NCBI GenBank assembly: GCA_043798915.1
Contig: JAZDOG010000038.1
Location: forward strand, 1 to 35,104
DNA length: 35,104 nt
Direction: 5' to 3'
Source of the DNA: Pseudomonadota bacterium
GTDB lineage: Bacteria > UBA10199 > 2-02-FULL-44-16 > JAAZCA01
The translations under genes were made by a program, and so were the position numbers. Shown here piece after piece: positions 25,541 through 34,846 of this stretch. Under the pieces are notes generated by a model, which was not told the DNA's origin, made no database searches, and worked only from the letters and a program-made list of their open reading frames with translations. Each line of letters begins with the position of its first letter. The stretch's first letter is position 1.

Positions 25541-27949
25541 GGGGGCCGGTCGATCGCCGGAGACCGCGCCAACCCCGGCCCTCGCTGTTTGGATCATCTC
25601 AAAAAGGCGGCGGGTTGCGGCAGTCGGCTTTTTTGGAAGCGATACAGTTGAATTGCCGTCACCCTCCCTCGCCAATATAGCAGCAAAATACCGGCGGTCT
25701 TGAACGTGCCCGTTCGTCTCATCTACGATGCGCAGGCCGTTGACCGATCCATTCAATCTGTGACCTCCGACCATCGCAAATCGGGCCGGGAGTGGAATGT
25801 CGAAGAGCACCTCGTGCAGAATCCCGAGTCTCGCAACGGCGCCGCCCTTCCCCAAGAATGCCACCACTTGAGCCTTCGTCAGCGACACATATCCGGATTC
25901 GGCCATGACACGGGCGCCGGTCCACGATGCGACGATGGATTTCTCGACCGGATCAGCGAGCTCGATGCCCCTCGCCTTAAGAAATCCGAGCACCAGATCG
26001 AGGCTGCCTTTTCCTCTCGTCTGATCATCTCCGGCGGACGGCTCAAACACCAGCCTTCCGCTATCAGCCGCCTTGAGCTGAAGGATAAAATGATAACGAT
26101 TCAACTTCCGCGCATCTTCGGCGCTGATGATGCGCAGGCCGCCAACTGATCCATTCGATTCCTGGCCTCCGACTATCGCGAACCGGTCCGGGGGTGGGGT
26201 GCCGAAGAGCACCTTGTGCAAAATCTTAAGTCTCACCGCGGCGTCACCCCTTCCCAGAAACGCCGCTACTTGAGCCATCGTCAGCGACACATATCCGGTT
26301 TCGGCCACGACACGAGCGCCGATCCACGATGCGACGATGGATTTCTCGACCGGATCGGCGAGTTCGATGTCCCTCCCCTTCAGAAATCCGAGCGCCAGAT
26401 CGATGCTGTCTGTTCCCCTCGTCCGGTCATCTCCCGCGGGCGGCTTGAACACCAACCCACCGTTATCATCCAGCTTGAGCTGAAGGATAAAATACTGATG
26501 ACCCAACTTCCGCGCATCTTCAGCTCCGATGATGCGCAGGCCGAAGACCGACTCATCCACCCCCTGCTGGCCAACCAGACAAAAATCCCTCTTGCCTTTG
26601 AATCCGTTTTCATCCGCGCCAAGATGCATGAGCAGCGTTTTGAGCGCAGCCTCTTTCCCGACGATCACTTTGAGCTCCTCGAAATCCGGATACCTCGCGT
26701 CGAGACCGCTCCTTTGTAGCCCTGCCCAATCCACGAAATAGACCTTCTCACCTCTTTCCATCTCGACCACACGAATTAAATCTCTGACCTTCGAGAGCTC
26801 CCCGCGCCAGAGGCGTTCGGCGAGTTGCGTGGCATCGAGAGCCCTGCCGGTGAACCGCGACTTTACATCCACCTGGTCCGATCTTTGGAACCCTTCCAGG
26901 ACGATCTCGTTGCCAGGCGTTTTTGATCCAGGTATTACTACAGGCAACGCCCTCTTGCCACGGTCCGATGCCACAACCCCATCGCTCCTGTCGTATCTCA
27001 AACCTCCATCGATCGCCTCCCTCGCCCTTCCTCCCTCCACCCTGATGATGAATGGAACTCCAGCTCTTTTGAGCCTCGCAGCAAGCGCCTCCAGGAATTC
27101 TCTGTTCACACCAGCCGAGCGAAACACGTAATCGATCCCGGCAAGACCGTGGTGTTTCACAAGCTTCGCGCGACTCTCCGCCTGTTCCATAATATTCATC
27201 CACGCCGCTGTGTTGGGATTGAAAATCCCGGAGCTGGACTTGACCTCGAGAAGCACGCGCCTGCCATCGGGCAGCGTTGCGACTGCAGTCGTCTCCACCA
27301 TCCGACCGCCGTCAAGGCCAAGCTCCTTGCCCATCTCGACTTTCGCGCCGGTGTTTGCCGCGAGCATCAGCGCTGCTTCCATCTCCGCCTGCATCGAATG
27401 CGTCCGGTGCCCTTTGGGAGAGAGGAACCGCTCGTCGATATCGGACGCCCTGAACGCGCGCTCAAATCCCGTGGCGCCGTGAGCGTAAAGGGCAGCGACC
27501 GTCGCGAAGACATGGTCGGCGCCGCCGGCCCCTGAGATCGCGGGATTTTTGAGGACTCGCTCGATGTTGACTGCAGCGACGCCGCGGACGAGGAGCAGAT
27601 ACACACCCTCGCGCGCGGCGCGGGTGAGCCCGTCGTAGCGATGCCTGGCGAAGCCGCTCACGCGCTCAAGCCGAGTGACGTTATAGACATCGACCACCTG
27701 AGCAGGGGGTTCCGGTGGCTCAGTGAAAAAACTTGCCGCAATACGGGCCACGGGGCCCGTCATCTCGGCCAGCGCCGCACCGGCAGCGCGCAGCGTATCG
27801 ACAATCCCGTCCGTTGCCTGTGCGCCCTGAGACGTCACGGCAGCCGGCGGCGCCTGGGGTGTCTGGACCTTATTAGCGCCATTCGCGTTCGGCGTGGACA
27901 CTGGAAGCCTGGCAGGGCCAGTCGCAGATTTTGGCGGTATCTTTGGCAT
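25190..27949 (-). CDS. Orphan 919-aa protein: disordered N-terminus, degenerate PD-(D/E)xK-like region, 134-aa tandem repeats, shared C-terminal module
   Basis: Long open frame starting immediately after the upstream stop codon. Internal repeat with 402-nt period; C-terminus homologous to that of the upstream gene. Confidence 0.85.
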   Translation of the reverse strand: MPKIPPKSATGPARLPVSTPNANGANKVQTPQAPPAAVTSQGAQATDGIVDTLRAAGAALAEMTGPVARIAASFFTEPPEPPAQVVDVYNVTRLERVSGFARHRYDGLTRAAREGVYLLLVRGVAAVNIERVLKNPAISGAGGADHVFATVAALYAHGATGFERAFRASDIDERFLSPKGHRTHSMQAEMEAALMLAANTGAKVEMGKELGLDGGRMVETTAVATLPDGRRVLLEVKSSSGIFNPNTAAWMNIMEQAESRAKLVKHHGLAGIDYVFRSAGVNREFLEALAARLKRAGVPFIIRVEGGRAREAIDGGLRYDRSDGVVASDRGKRALPVVIPGSKTPGNEIVLEGFQRSDQVDVKSRFTGRALDATQLAERLWRGELSKVRDLIRVVEMERGEKVYFVDWAGLQRSGLDARYPDFEELKVIVGKEAALKTLLMHLGADENGFKGKRDFCLVGQQGVDESVFGLRIIGAEDARKLGHQYFILQLKLDDNGGLVFKPPAGDDRTRGTDSIDLALGFLKGRDIELADPVEKSIVASWIGARVVAETGYVSLTMAQVAAFLGRGDAAVRLKILHKVLFGTPPPDRFAIVGGQESNGSVGGLRIISAEDARKLNRYHFILQLKAADSGRLVFEPSAGDDQTRGKGSLDLVLGFLKARGIELADPVEKSIVASWTGARVMAESGYVSLTKAQVVAFLGKGGAVARLGILHEVLFDIPLPARFAMVGGHRLNGSVNGLRIVDETNGHVQDRRYFAAILAREGDGNSTVSLPKKPTAATRRLFEMIQTARAGVGAVSGDRPAPIEDRTVAMGPSVDANGELFRLPGYGDLLPARKTEIADFVHTILLDEGFKREYVRDGRITPAGLEQLTARVRKSASVAAPAEPVRPERPQRSAGADEDGREEDAERDKGAEGKSPVK
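25720..26585 (-). repeat. Internal tandem repeat with 402-nt period, a little over two copies
   Basis: GATGCGCAGGCC recurs at 25727, 26129 and 26531; IELADPVEKSIVASW occurs twice in the protein. Confidence 0.9.
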
Positions 27950-28300
27950 CTATCTGACCGGAGATTTGCCCTCTGCCCCCTTATCGCGTTTGGCGTCCTC
28001 TTCTCTGCCATCCCCATCAGCGCCGGCGGGCCGCTCCGACCGTTCAGGGCGAGCCGGTTCTGCCGGCGCGGCGATTGATGCAGACCCTCTTACGAGGGCA
28101 GTCAATCGTTCCAGGCCCGCAGGCGTTATTCCGCCACCCCGGACATATTCCTGCCTGAAGCCCCCATCCGACAAAGTTTTATCTATGAAGCGCGCAATCT
28201 CTGCTTGTCTCTTCGGAAGCAAATTGCCGTATTCCGGCAACCGGAACAATTCGCCGACTGCATCGGCCGTAAGTCTGATGGCCGAAGTCCCATCCTCTGT
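27950..28300 (-). repeat. ~350-nt direct repeat B (shared 3' module)
   Basis: Aligns to 25190-25540. Confidence 0.9.
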
Positions 28301-29293
28301 TGACGGCGGGGACAAAGCGGCAGATGGAGACACCAGCGGCCGCTGCGCCATCCATGCCTCTAGCCCTTGAGCCACATCTGGCCAGTACTCGGCAATGAGG
28401 CGCATTTTCGCCGCCAGCGCTTCTTTCTCGACTTGATGGTCAGATAATTCCTTGAGAATCGATTTCGCGTCGTCATTCCTTCCAATCTCAAAGAGCTTCT
28501 CAGCCACGATCAACAGCAGTTCAGTCCTGCTAATCTGGCCAACGGATCCCATACTTCCTGTCCAAAGTCTCGCGATTCCAGCACAGCTCACCGTGAGGCA
28601 GCGGGCCGCATCTTCGATTTTTCCCGATCGCGCGTATTTCTCCGCTATCTGCAAGAAGATTGAAAAGCCGGGGGGGCGGTCTTTAATCCCGGATGCCACG
28701 CGATACGCTTCGTCCGGGCGATCGATTTTCAAGTATGTATGGGCTACCGCAAAACGGATTCCATCTTGTGCATAACGGAGTCCCCCTTGGCCTGTTTGAC
28801 CCTCGACGCGGCCTGGATATGAAAGAACCCGCGAGAATATCTCCTCGACATCGCTCAGCCTTCCGAGGGCGTGCGCATGTTCAGCCATTCTAAGCTCCCA
28901 CATGTATAGGCTATGATCTTTTACATATTTTGACATGATTCTCTTTGCTTCATCCAATAACGCATTGGCGCTGGCCGGATCGCCGTCCCTGATATATAGT
29001 CTCAATATGGTTGCAAGATAAGACAGCGCCTGCCCCGGGTCATCTCTTTCAAGAGCCTTCCTCGCTTCTCCGATGTTAAAACCCGGCTTGCCGCGGCCTC
29101 TGGCAGGTGCAAGAATCATTGGCGTTGTAAATTGAGGAGGAGGACTGGGGAGACTCGCCGGTGTATACCTGTCAGGCAATGTTGCAGCTCGGCATACATC
29201 GGCGGGGGCACCTTCTTCACCCGGTGTGCGACCTGATTCGCCTGCATATACATTAGGGAGAGATCCAGTTACTTTATCACTTGGGCCAGCCAT
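27950..29293 (-). CDS. Orphan 447-aa TPR-like helical protein with the shared C-terminal module
   Basis: ATG 29293 has RBS GGAG and lies downstream of promoter copy 3. Pro/Ser-rich N-terminus; TPR-like units (VAHTYLKIDRPDEAYRVA, IAEKYARSGKIEDAARCL, VAEKLFEIGRNDDAKSIL). Confidence 0.85.
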   Translation of the reverse strand: MAGPSDKVTGSLPNVYAGESGRTPGEEGAPADVCRAATLPDRYTPASLPSPPPQFTTPMILAPARGRGKPGFNIGEARKALERDDPGQALSYLATILRLYIRDGDPASANALLDEAKRIMSKYVKDHSLYMWELRMAEHAHALGRLSDVEEIFSRVLSYPGRVEGQTGQGGLRYAQDGIRFAVAHTYLKIDRPDEAYRVASGIKDRPPGFSIFLQIAEKYARSGKIEDAARCLTVSCAGIARLWTGSMGSVGQISRTELLLIVAEKLFEIGRNDDAKSILKELSDHQVEKEALAAKMRLIAEYWPDVAQGLEAWMAQRPLVSPSAALSPPSTEDGTSAIRLTADAVGELFRLPEYGNLLPKRQAEIARFIDKTLSDGGFRQEYVRGGGITPAGLERLTALVRGSASIAAPAEPARPERSERPAGADGDGREEDAKRDKGAEGKSPVR

Positions 29294-29333
29294 ATGACTT
29301 TCTCCATTTAAACTATCTAAATTATCAGCATGG

Positions 29334-29360
29334 TTATCGGCATGAGCGACCAAAAGTTGC
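29334..29360 (-). promoter_or_regulatory. Sigma28-like promoter motif GCAAC-N14-GCCGATAA, copy 3
   Basis: Minus strand GCAACttttggtcgctcatGCCGATAA, 40 nt upstream of ATG 29293. Confidence 0.65.
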
Positions 29361-29547
29361 TAGAAAAATAATTATCCCAGTCCCCACATGGAAAGGCTAT
29401 TAATTTATTGAATTGTAAGGATTTTTAGCTGACACGATCACAGCTTGTACCTATTGAGATCCTCCCTTCGTGTAGTTTATTTGTAAATATCAGTCTTGCT
29501 CTGCGGCGGCATAAGCGATAGCAATTGCACATAACAAGGAGGAATCA

Positions 29548-29943
29548 ATGACTCGTCTTTTCAAAGCAAAGGAACTCAATGTGGTCGCCGACAACAAACC
29601 GGGGACGCTCGCGCGCGTGACCGCGCCGATCGCGGAGGCAAGGGTCAACATCAACGCCTTCTGCGCCTATACAGAGGGCAACAAGGCGCACTTCCTCATA
29701 ATCACCGACGACAATGCGAAGGCGATTGAAAATCTCAAGAAGGCCGACCTGGAGATCTCCGAGCGCGAGGTGGTCGTGGTGGAGACCTCGAATGAAGCCG
29801 GGACACTCTTCCGCTCGGCGCAGCAGCTGGCGAAGGCTGGCGTCGATCTCGACTACTGCTACGCCACCGCCGGCGCCCAGGGCAGCACATGGATCGTCTT
29901 CGCAACGAAGGCTATCGAGAAGGCGATGAATGTAATTCCGTGA
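29548..29943 (+). CDS. Tandem ACT domain protein
   Basis: DNKPGTLARVT..IAEARVNINAF and NEAGTLFR..LAKAGVDLDYCY; RBS AAGGAGG. Confidence 0.9.
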   Translation: MTRLFKAKELNVVADNKPGTLARVTAPIAEARVNINAFCAYTEGNKAHFLIITDDNAKAIENLKKADLEISEREVVVVETSNEAGTLFRSAQQLAKAGVDLDYCYATAGAQGSTWIVFATKAIEKAMNVIP

Positions 29944-32189
29944 AACGAATCGACGCATACGAAAAGGTCACGGGACGAGCGCTCTATGCCGACGACCTCT
30001 CCCTCGACCGGATGATCCACGCTGCGCCCCTCTTCGCCGCTTATCCGAGGGCGATCATGCGCCGCATCAGCGTGGAGAGGGCTCGCGCTCATCCCGGCGT
30101 CATCGACGTCATCACCGCCGCAGATGTGCCGGGCGCAAAGCAGGTTGGCGGAATAATCCCAGACCAATTCGTTATCGCCGATGACAGCGTCAGATACTCC
30201 GGCGACGTAGTCGCCGTCGTCGCGGCTGAGAGCGCCGAAATTGCGCGCGAGGCTGTCTCACTCATCATCGTGGATTATGAACCTCTCGAACCGGTCCTCG
30301 ATCCCGAGGCCGCGCTGAGAAAGGGAGCGCCGCAGATCCACGCGGGCCGCGACAACGTCGTGTCATCGTTCCGCGTGAGGCACGGCGATGTGAAGAAGGG
30401 CTATAAGGCGAGCACCTTGAGCGTGGAGGCAGAGTTTCGCACCTCGTTCGTGGAGCACGCGTACATGGAGCCGGAGTCCTGCGTCGCGATTTTGGAACCA
30501 GACGGCTCCGTAACTGTCTATGGCGGGATGCAGCACCCCTTCTCCACGCGCCGGAACGTCGCCGCGGCGCTCGGCATGCCGTTTGCCCGCGTCCGCATCG
30601 TCCAGACGACCCTCGGCGGAGGCTTCGGCGGAAAGGACGACACGATCGCGGCGATCTGCGCGCGAGCGGCGATACTCGCCATCCGGAACAAGAGGCCGGT
30701 CAAGATTACCTACACGCGCGAGGAATCGATCCGCGAGAGCTACAAGCGCCATCCATTTCACATCAGATACAAGGCCGGGATAGGCGCGGACGGAAAGTTC
30801 CGCGCGATGGAGGCCGACTTCGTCGCGGACGGAGGAGCCTACTGCGCGGCCTCGCCGTTCGTCATATGGCGGCCGACCGTCCAGTGCACCGGGCCCTATG
30901 CCGTTCCGAACGTCCGCTGCGATTCGAAGGCCGTCTACACGAACAACACCTACACGGGCGCGATGCGCGGCTTCGGAACGCCGCAGCAGGTCTTCGCGTG
31001 CGAGTCGTTCATCGACATGTGCGCTTCAAGGGCGGGGATGGATCCTCTCGCCTTCCGGAAGCTCAATTTCTTCAAACAGGGCGCGAGTACGCACACCGGA
31101 CAGAAGCTCTCGGGCCATACTGTAGCTGTCGCAGAGGTCACCGACCGAGCGCTCTCGGAACTCGGCTGGGGCAAAAAATACAAGCTCTGTTCGCGCGGGA
31201 AGACAGGCGCCGACGGACTCCTCCGCGGCGTCGGATTCGCGACGAGCTATCGCGGCGTGTCGCTCGGCGCCGAGGGAAATGATTTCTGCTCCGCCATCAT
31301 CAACATCCAGCCGGACGGGTCGCTTTTGCTCGAAGTCGGCGTCTCTGAAAACGGCCAGGGCCTGAAGACTGCGATGACCCACATATGCGCGAAGGAGCTG
31401 GGCATCGGCGAGGAGCGCATCCGGTTCATCGACACCGACACGTCGTCGATACCGGACGGCGGACCCACCGTAGCGTCGCGCGGGACGCTCGTCGGCGGCA
31501 ACGCGGTGATCGACGCGGCGAATCGCATCAAGTCGATGATGCGCCCCGTGCTCTCCGAGCTCGTCGGCGCTTCGAAAAAAGGATACGTCTACAAAAACGG
31601 CCGCATCGGCAACCCGCAGAACCGGAAGGGTATCCCCTTTGAAAAAGCGGTGGCCGCCTGCCACGCGCGAAAGATGTACCTTCATGCGCTGGGCGTCTTC
31701 TCAGGCCCCAAGGTCGGCTGGGAGGAGAGGACCGGCCAGGGCAACGCATATTTCACCTACGTCTACGGCTGCCAGGCCTGCGAGCTTAACGTCGAGAAGA
31801 AGAGCGGCAGGGTCCGAGTGAACCGCGTCGTCGCGGCGCACGAGGTGGGAAAGGCGATCAATCCGCAGATGGCTGCGGGCCAGATCTTCGGCGGCATAGC
31901 CATGGGGTTGGGCTTCGCGCTCTCCGAGGAGATCCGTCACCAGAACGGAGTGATCCAGAACCTGAACTTCAACACGTACCGCCTGACGCGCTCGACCGAC
32001 GTGCCGGAGATGACAGCGATCCTCGTAGAGAACCCGGATCCGGCGGGGCCGTGGGGCGCAAAATCGCTCGGCGAACCGACGAACGAACTGATGGGCGCCG
32101 CGTTGGCAAACGCGATCTACAACGCCACCGGCGTGAGGTTCACGGAGACGCCGATCACGGCGGAGAAGATCAGGAAGGCGATTGGATAG
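29940..32189 (+). CDS. Xanthine dehydrogenase family molybdopterin-binding large subunit
   Basis: RIDAYEKVTGRALYADD, EHAYMEPE, LGGGFGGK, GAMRGFG, GQGLKT, ASR, GAKSLGE. GTG at 29940 overlaps the ACT gene stop. Confidence 0.93.
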   Translation: MKRIDAYEKVTGRALYADDLSLDRMIHAAPLFAAYPRAIMRRISVERARAHPGVIDVITAADVPGAKQVGGIIPDQFVIADDSVRYSGDVVAVVAAESAEIAREAVSLIIVDYEPLEPVLDPEAALRKGAPQIHAGRDNVVSSFRVRHGDVKKGYKASTLSVEAEFRTSFVEHAYMEPESCVAILEPDGSVTVYGGMQHPFSTRRNVAAALGMPFARVRIVQTTLGGGFGGKDDTIAAICARAAILAIRNKRPVKITYTREESIRESYKRHPFHIRYKAGIGADGKFRAMEADFVADGGAYCAASPFVIWRPTVQCTGPYAVPNVRCDSKAVYTNNTYTGAMRGFGTPQQVFACESFIDMCASRAGMDPLAFRKLNFFKQGASTHTGQKLSGHTVAVAEVTDRALSELGWGKKYKLCSRGKTGADGLLRGVGFATSYRGVSLGAEGNDFCSAIINIQPDGSLLLEVGVSENGQGLKTAMTHICAKELGIGEERIRFIDTDTSSIPDGGPTVASRGTLVGGNAVIDAANRIKSMMRPVLSELVGASKKGYVYKNGRIGNPQNRKGIPFEKAVAACHARKMYLHALGVFSGPKVGWEERTGQGNAYFTYVYGCQACELNVEKKSGRVRVNRVVAAHEVGKAINPQMAAGQIFGGIAMGLGFALSEEIRHQNGVIQNLNFNTYRLTRSTDVPEMTAILVENPDPAGPWGAKSLGEPTNELMGAALANAIYNATGVRFTETPITAEKIRKAIG

Positions 32190-32192
32190 GGA

Positions 32193-32693
32193 ATGAAAAA
32201 TAATTTTATCTTAAACATCAACGGAGCGGAGAAAAAGATATTGTGCGAGCCCGAGCGCACGCTGCTCGATTGCATCCGCGAGGATTTGCGTCTCACCGGG
32301 ACGAAGTGCGGCTGCGGCATAGGCGCATGCGGGACGTGCACGGTGCTCGTGGACGGGAAGGCAGCGCTCGCCTGCCGCGTGAAAATAAAGAACGTCTCGA
32401 GTCCCGAGTCCCAAGTCTCAGTTCTTCCCAAGATCACGACCATCGAAGGATTGGAACACGACGGAAAGCTCCATCCGATCCAGCAGGCCTTCATCGACTG
32501 CGGCGCGATCCAGTGCGGCTTCTGCACGCCGGGGATGGTGCTCAGGGCAAAAGCCCTTCTCGATGAAACACCCTCCCCCACGCGCGTCGAGATCAGAAAG
32601 GCCCTCGCGGGAAACTTATGCCGCTGCACCGGATATCAGCAGATATTCGAGGCGATCGAAGAAGCAGCGAAGAAGATGCGGGCTATTCCCTGA
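32193..32693 (+). CDS. Xanthine dehydrogenase family 2x[2Fe-2S] small subunit
   Basis: LTGTKCGCGIGACGTC, ITTIEGL, QCGFCTPG, GNLCRCTGY. Confidence 0.95.
   Translation: MKNNFILNINGAEKKILCEPERTLLDCIREDLRLTGTKCGCGIGACGTCTVLVDGKAALACRVKIKNVSSPESQVSVLPKITTIEGLEHDGKLHPIQQAFIDCGAIQCGFCTPGMVLRAKALLDETPSPTRVEIRKALAGNLCRCTGYQQIFEAIEEAAKKMRAIP
32394..32421. repeat. Four tandem heptamers within the Fe-S subunit gene
   Basis: GTCTCGA GTCCCGA GTCCCAA GTCTCAG, read as VSSPESQVS. Confidence 0.6.
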
Positions 32694-33315
32694 CGAGAAA
32701 AACCCGCGCGGGGGCGCCGTCGCCGTCCTTGATTTTGAGCGGGCCGCAGAAGAGCTGATATTTTCCCGCCGGAACGCCTTCGAGGTTTAAGCCTTCCACT
32801 ATCACGACACCAGCCTTCAGCAGCGGAATATGAGCCGGGTGAGTGCCGCTCTTGAAGCCGTCGACCGAAAGACCGTCGACACCGACGAGTTTTATCCCCT
32901 TATCGACGAGGAACCTTGCCGCATCGCCCGTTAGAGCTGTGAAGCTCCGGCCAAAGGCGCGCGCACGCGCCCATCGGCCAGAGTTTCGCGTGCGAAAAAG
33001 GATGCGCATGGCTCCGCGCCACCCGATCCGTTTCAAGTGCGGCACATCGATGTGGCCCTTGATGCGCCGCATGTCCACGACGAGCGCGGGGCCAACGAGC
33101 GCATCCAGCGGGAGCCGGTCCACCCTCTTTCCGCCACGGACCATATGCGCCGGCGCATCGACGTGCGTGCCAACATGGGTTCCCGTCTCTATCACGGAGA
33201 GCTCGCTCGAAGCGCCTTTCGCAAGCGATGAGACGACGCGGCGCCGGAACGGCGGATCGCCGGGGTAGATGGGCATGCCCTCCTCAAGGGCCAACGTGAC
33301 GTCATAGATCTTCAT
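32683..33315 (-). CDS. Cyclase family metal-dependent hydrolase (kynurenine formamidase-like)
   Basis: YPGDP, HVGTHVDAPAH, GVDGLSVD, H..LL..GVVIVEGL, PLKI..GDGAPAR. Confidence 0.92.
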   Translation of the reverse strand: MKIYDVTLALEEGMPIYPGDPPFRRRVVSSLAKGASSELSVIETGTHVGTHVDAPAHMVRGGKRVDRLPLDALVGPALVVDMRRIKGHIDVPHLKRIGWRGAMRILFRTRNSGRWARARAFGRSFTALTGDAARFLVDKGIKLVGVDGLSVDGFKSGTHPAHIPLLKAGVVIVEGLNLEGVPAGKYQLFCGPLKIKDGDGAPARVFLVRE

Positions 33316-34583
33316 GCAAAATCCACGTCGAGTTTTTTTCCGCCGACATGCGTCGATTCGATGGCGCCGCCGCTCCCGCGGTACATGAGGAGCGACAAAA
33401 CCTCGTCGGTGTCGAGCTCGGACAGGCGATAGTTCGGATCGATTCCGGCGATGTCGACGACGCAGAAGTCGGCTGATTTGCCCTTCTCAAGATTTCCGGT
33501 CTCGCGACCCTGCGAGAGGACCCGGGCGCCGCCGAGCGTGGCCAGATAAAACACCTTGGCTGGCGTCATCTCCATTTCAAGCTGCATGTAATCCGCATGG
33601 CGCATCTCCGTGAACATGGACATCGACGTCCCCGCGCCGACGTCCGTCCCGAGGCCATAGACGACGCGGGCCGATTCCACTTTCGAGACAGGCATCCAGC
33701 CGCTCTTCAAGAAGAAGTTCGATGTGGGGCAATGGGCAACCTTTGTGCCCGAGGACGCGAGCCTTTTGAATTCATCATCCGAGAGATAGATCGCATGCGC
33801 GAGGATGCTCTTCTCCCCCAGACAGCCCGTCCTCTCGAAGAGGTCCACATAGTCTTTGAACTGGGGATAGAGCTCACGCACGCGCGCATTCTCGTCGCGA
33901 GTCTCCGCGATGTGGCTCTGCAGATAAGCGCCGCTCCCCCTCGCCAGCTTGCCGGCCTCCTCCAGCAATTTCAGGCTGCAGGTCGGCGCGAACCGCGGCG
34001 TATAGGCGTACATGAGCCTGCCGCCTTCCGCCCCGTGCCACTTAGCGCAGAGGGCCTCGCTCTTTGCCAGCGAATCGGCCGTCGATTCGATGAGGCCCTC
34101 AGGGGAGTGCTGGTCCATCATCACCTTGCCTATGAAACAGCGCACGCCGGCTGCGCGCGCGATCTCGAAGCAGCGGTCGGTGGCATCCGCATGGACCGTC
34201 GCGTAGAGCCCTGCGGTCGTCGTCCCGTTCAAGATCAGCTTCTTGAAGAAGCGCGTGGCGACGTCCTCGACGACCTTGGGGTTCGCAAACGAGCGCTCGG
34301 CCGGAAAGATGTAGCGGTCGAGCCACGAAAGCAGCGTGGAACCGTGTTTGCCCCTGACATCGAGCTGCGGGATGTGGCTGTGGACGTCCACGAGACCGGG
34401 GATGATGAGGCGGCCCCTCATGTCCGTTATTTTTCCACCGAAGGAAGCATCGAAGGGACCGCACGAGACGATGCGACCGCTCCCATCCACGACGAGCATC
34501 CCGTCGGCCACATCCGTCACAGCCGACGGTCCCGTCGAATGGATGATCCTGGCTCTATATGCGACGCTGGAATCCTTGTTCAC
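33312..34583 (-). CDS. guaD: Guanine deaminase
   Basis: [71 protein letters not shown]. Confidence 0.92.
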   Translation of the reverse strand: MNKDSSVAYRARIIHSTGPSAVTDVADGMLVVDGSGRIVSCGPFDASFGGKITDMRGRLIIPGLVDVHSHIPQLDVRGKHGSTLLSWLDRYIFPAERSFANPKVVEDVATRFFKKLILNGTTTAGLYATVHADATDRCFEIARAAGVRCFIGKVMMDQHSPEGLIESTADSLAKSEALCAKWHGAEGGRLMYAYTPRFAPTCSLKLLEEAGKLARGSGAYLQSHIAETRDENARVRELYPQFKDYVDLFERTGCLGEKSILAHAIYLSDDEFKRLASSGTKVAHCPTSNFFLKSGWMPVSKVESARVVYGLGTDVGAGTSMSMFTEMRHADYMQLEMEMTPAKVFYLATLGGARVLSQGRETGNLEKGKSADFCVVDIAGIDPNYRLSELDTDEVLSLLMYRGSGGAIESTHVGGKKLDVDFA

Positions 34584-34786
34584 TGACTCTCCTTCTCGTC
34601 TTCCCCGTCCTCGACCTCCGGCGCCTCCGGAGCTGCCGGCTCTCCCGGAATCCTGTATCTCTCCGACGCCCAGTCGCCCAAGTCGATGAGCTTGCAGCGC
34701 TCAGAGCAAAACGGCCGGAAGGGATTGCCCTCCCAGGCTGCGGCCTTTTTGCAATGTGGGCAGCGGTGTGTGCGAGTGATATTCAT
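34580..34786 (-). CDS. yacG: DNA gyrase inhibitor YacG
   Basis: [34 protein letters not shown] with an acidic tail. Confidence 0.95.
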   Translation of the reverse strand: MNITRTHRCPHCKKAAAWEGNPFRPFCSERCKLIDLGDWASERYRIPGEPAAPEAPEVEDGEDEKESQ

Positions 34787-34846
34787 GATTCAAAATCCCA
34801 ATCCTTCCGGCTCATCGGCCGAAAGCGGACTATTAGGACAGGGGGG

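Noticed and set aside
25190..28300. Diversity-generating retroelement TR/VR pair
   Set aside because: Both copies are coding 3' ends, the differences are not confined to adenines, and no reverse transcriptase lies in the window.
29294..29353. ORF-track N-terminal extensions (also 17287-17358, 22042-22134, 23038-23109, 24784-24813, 29889-29939)
   Set aside because: They run through promoter motifs, repeats or upstream genes. Downstream starts fit the RBS, gene overlaps or family N-termini better.
29940..32189. Aerobic CO dehydrogenase large subunit (coxL)
   Set aside because: The active-site loop reads YTGAMRGFG, not the AYxCSFR of form I CODH.
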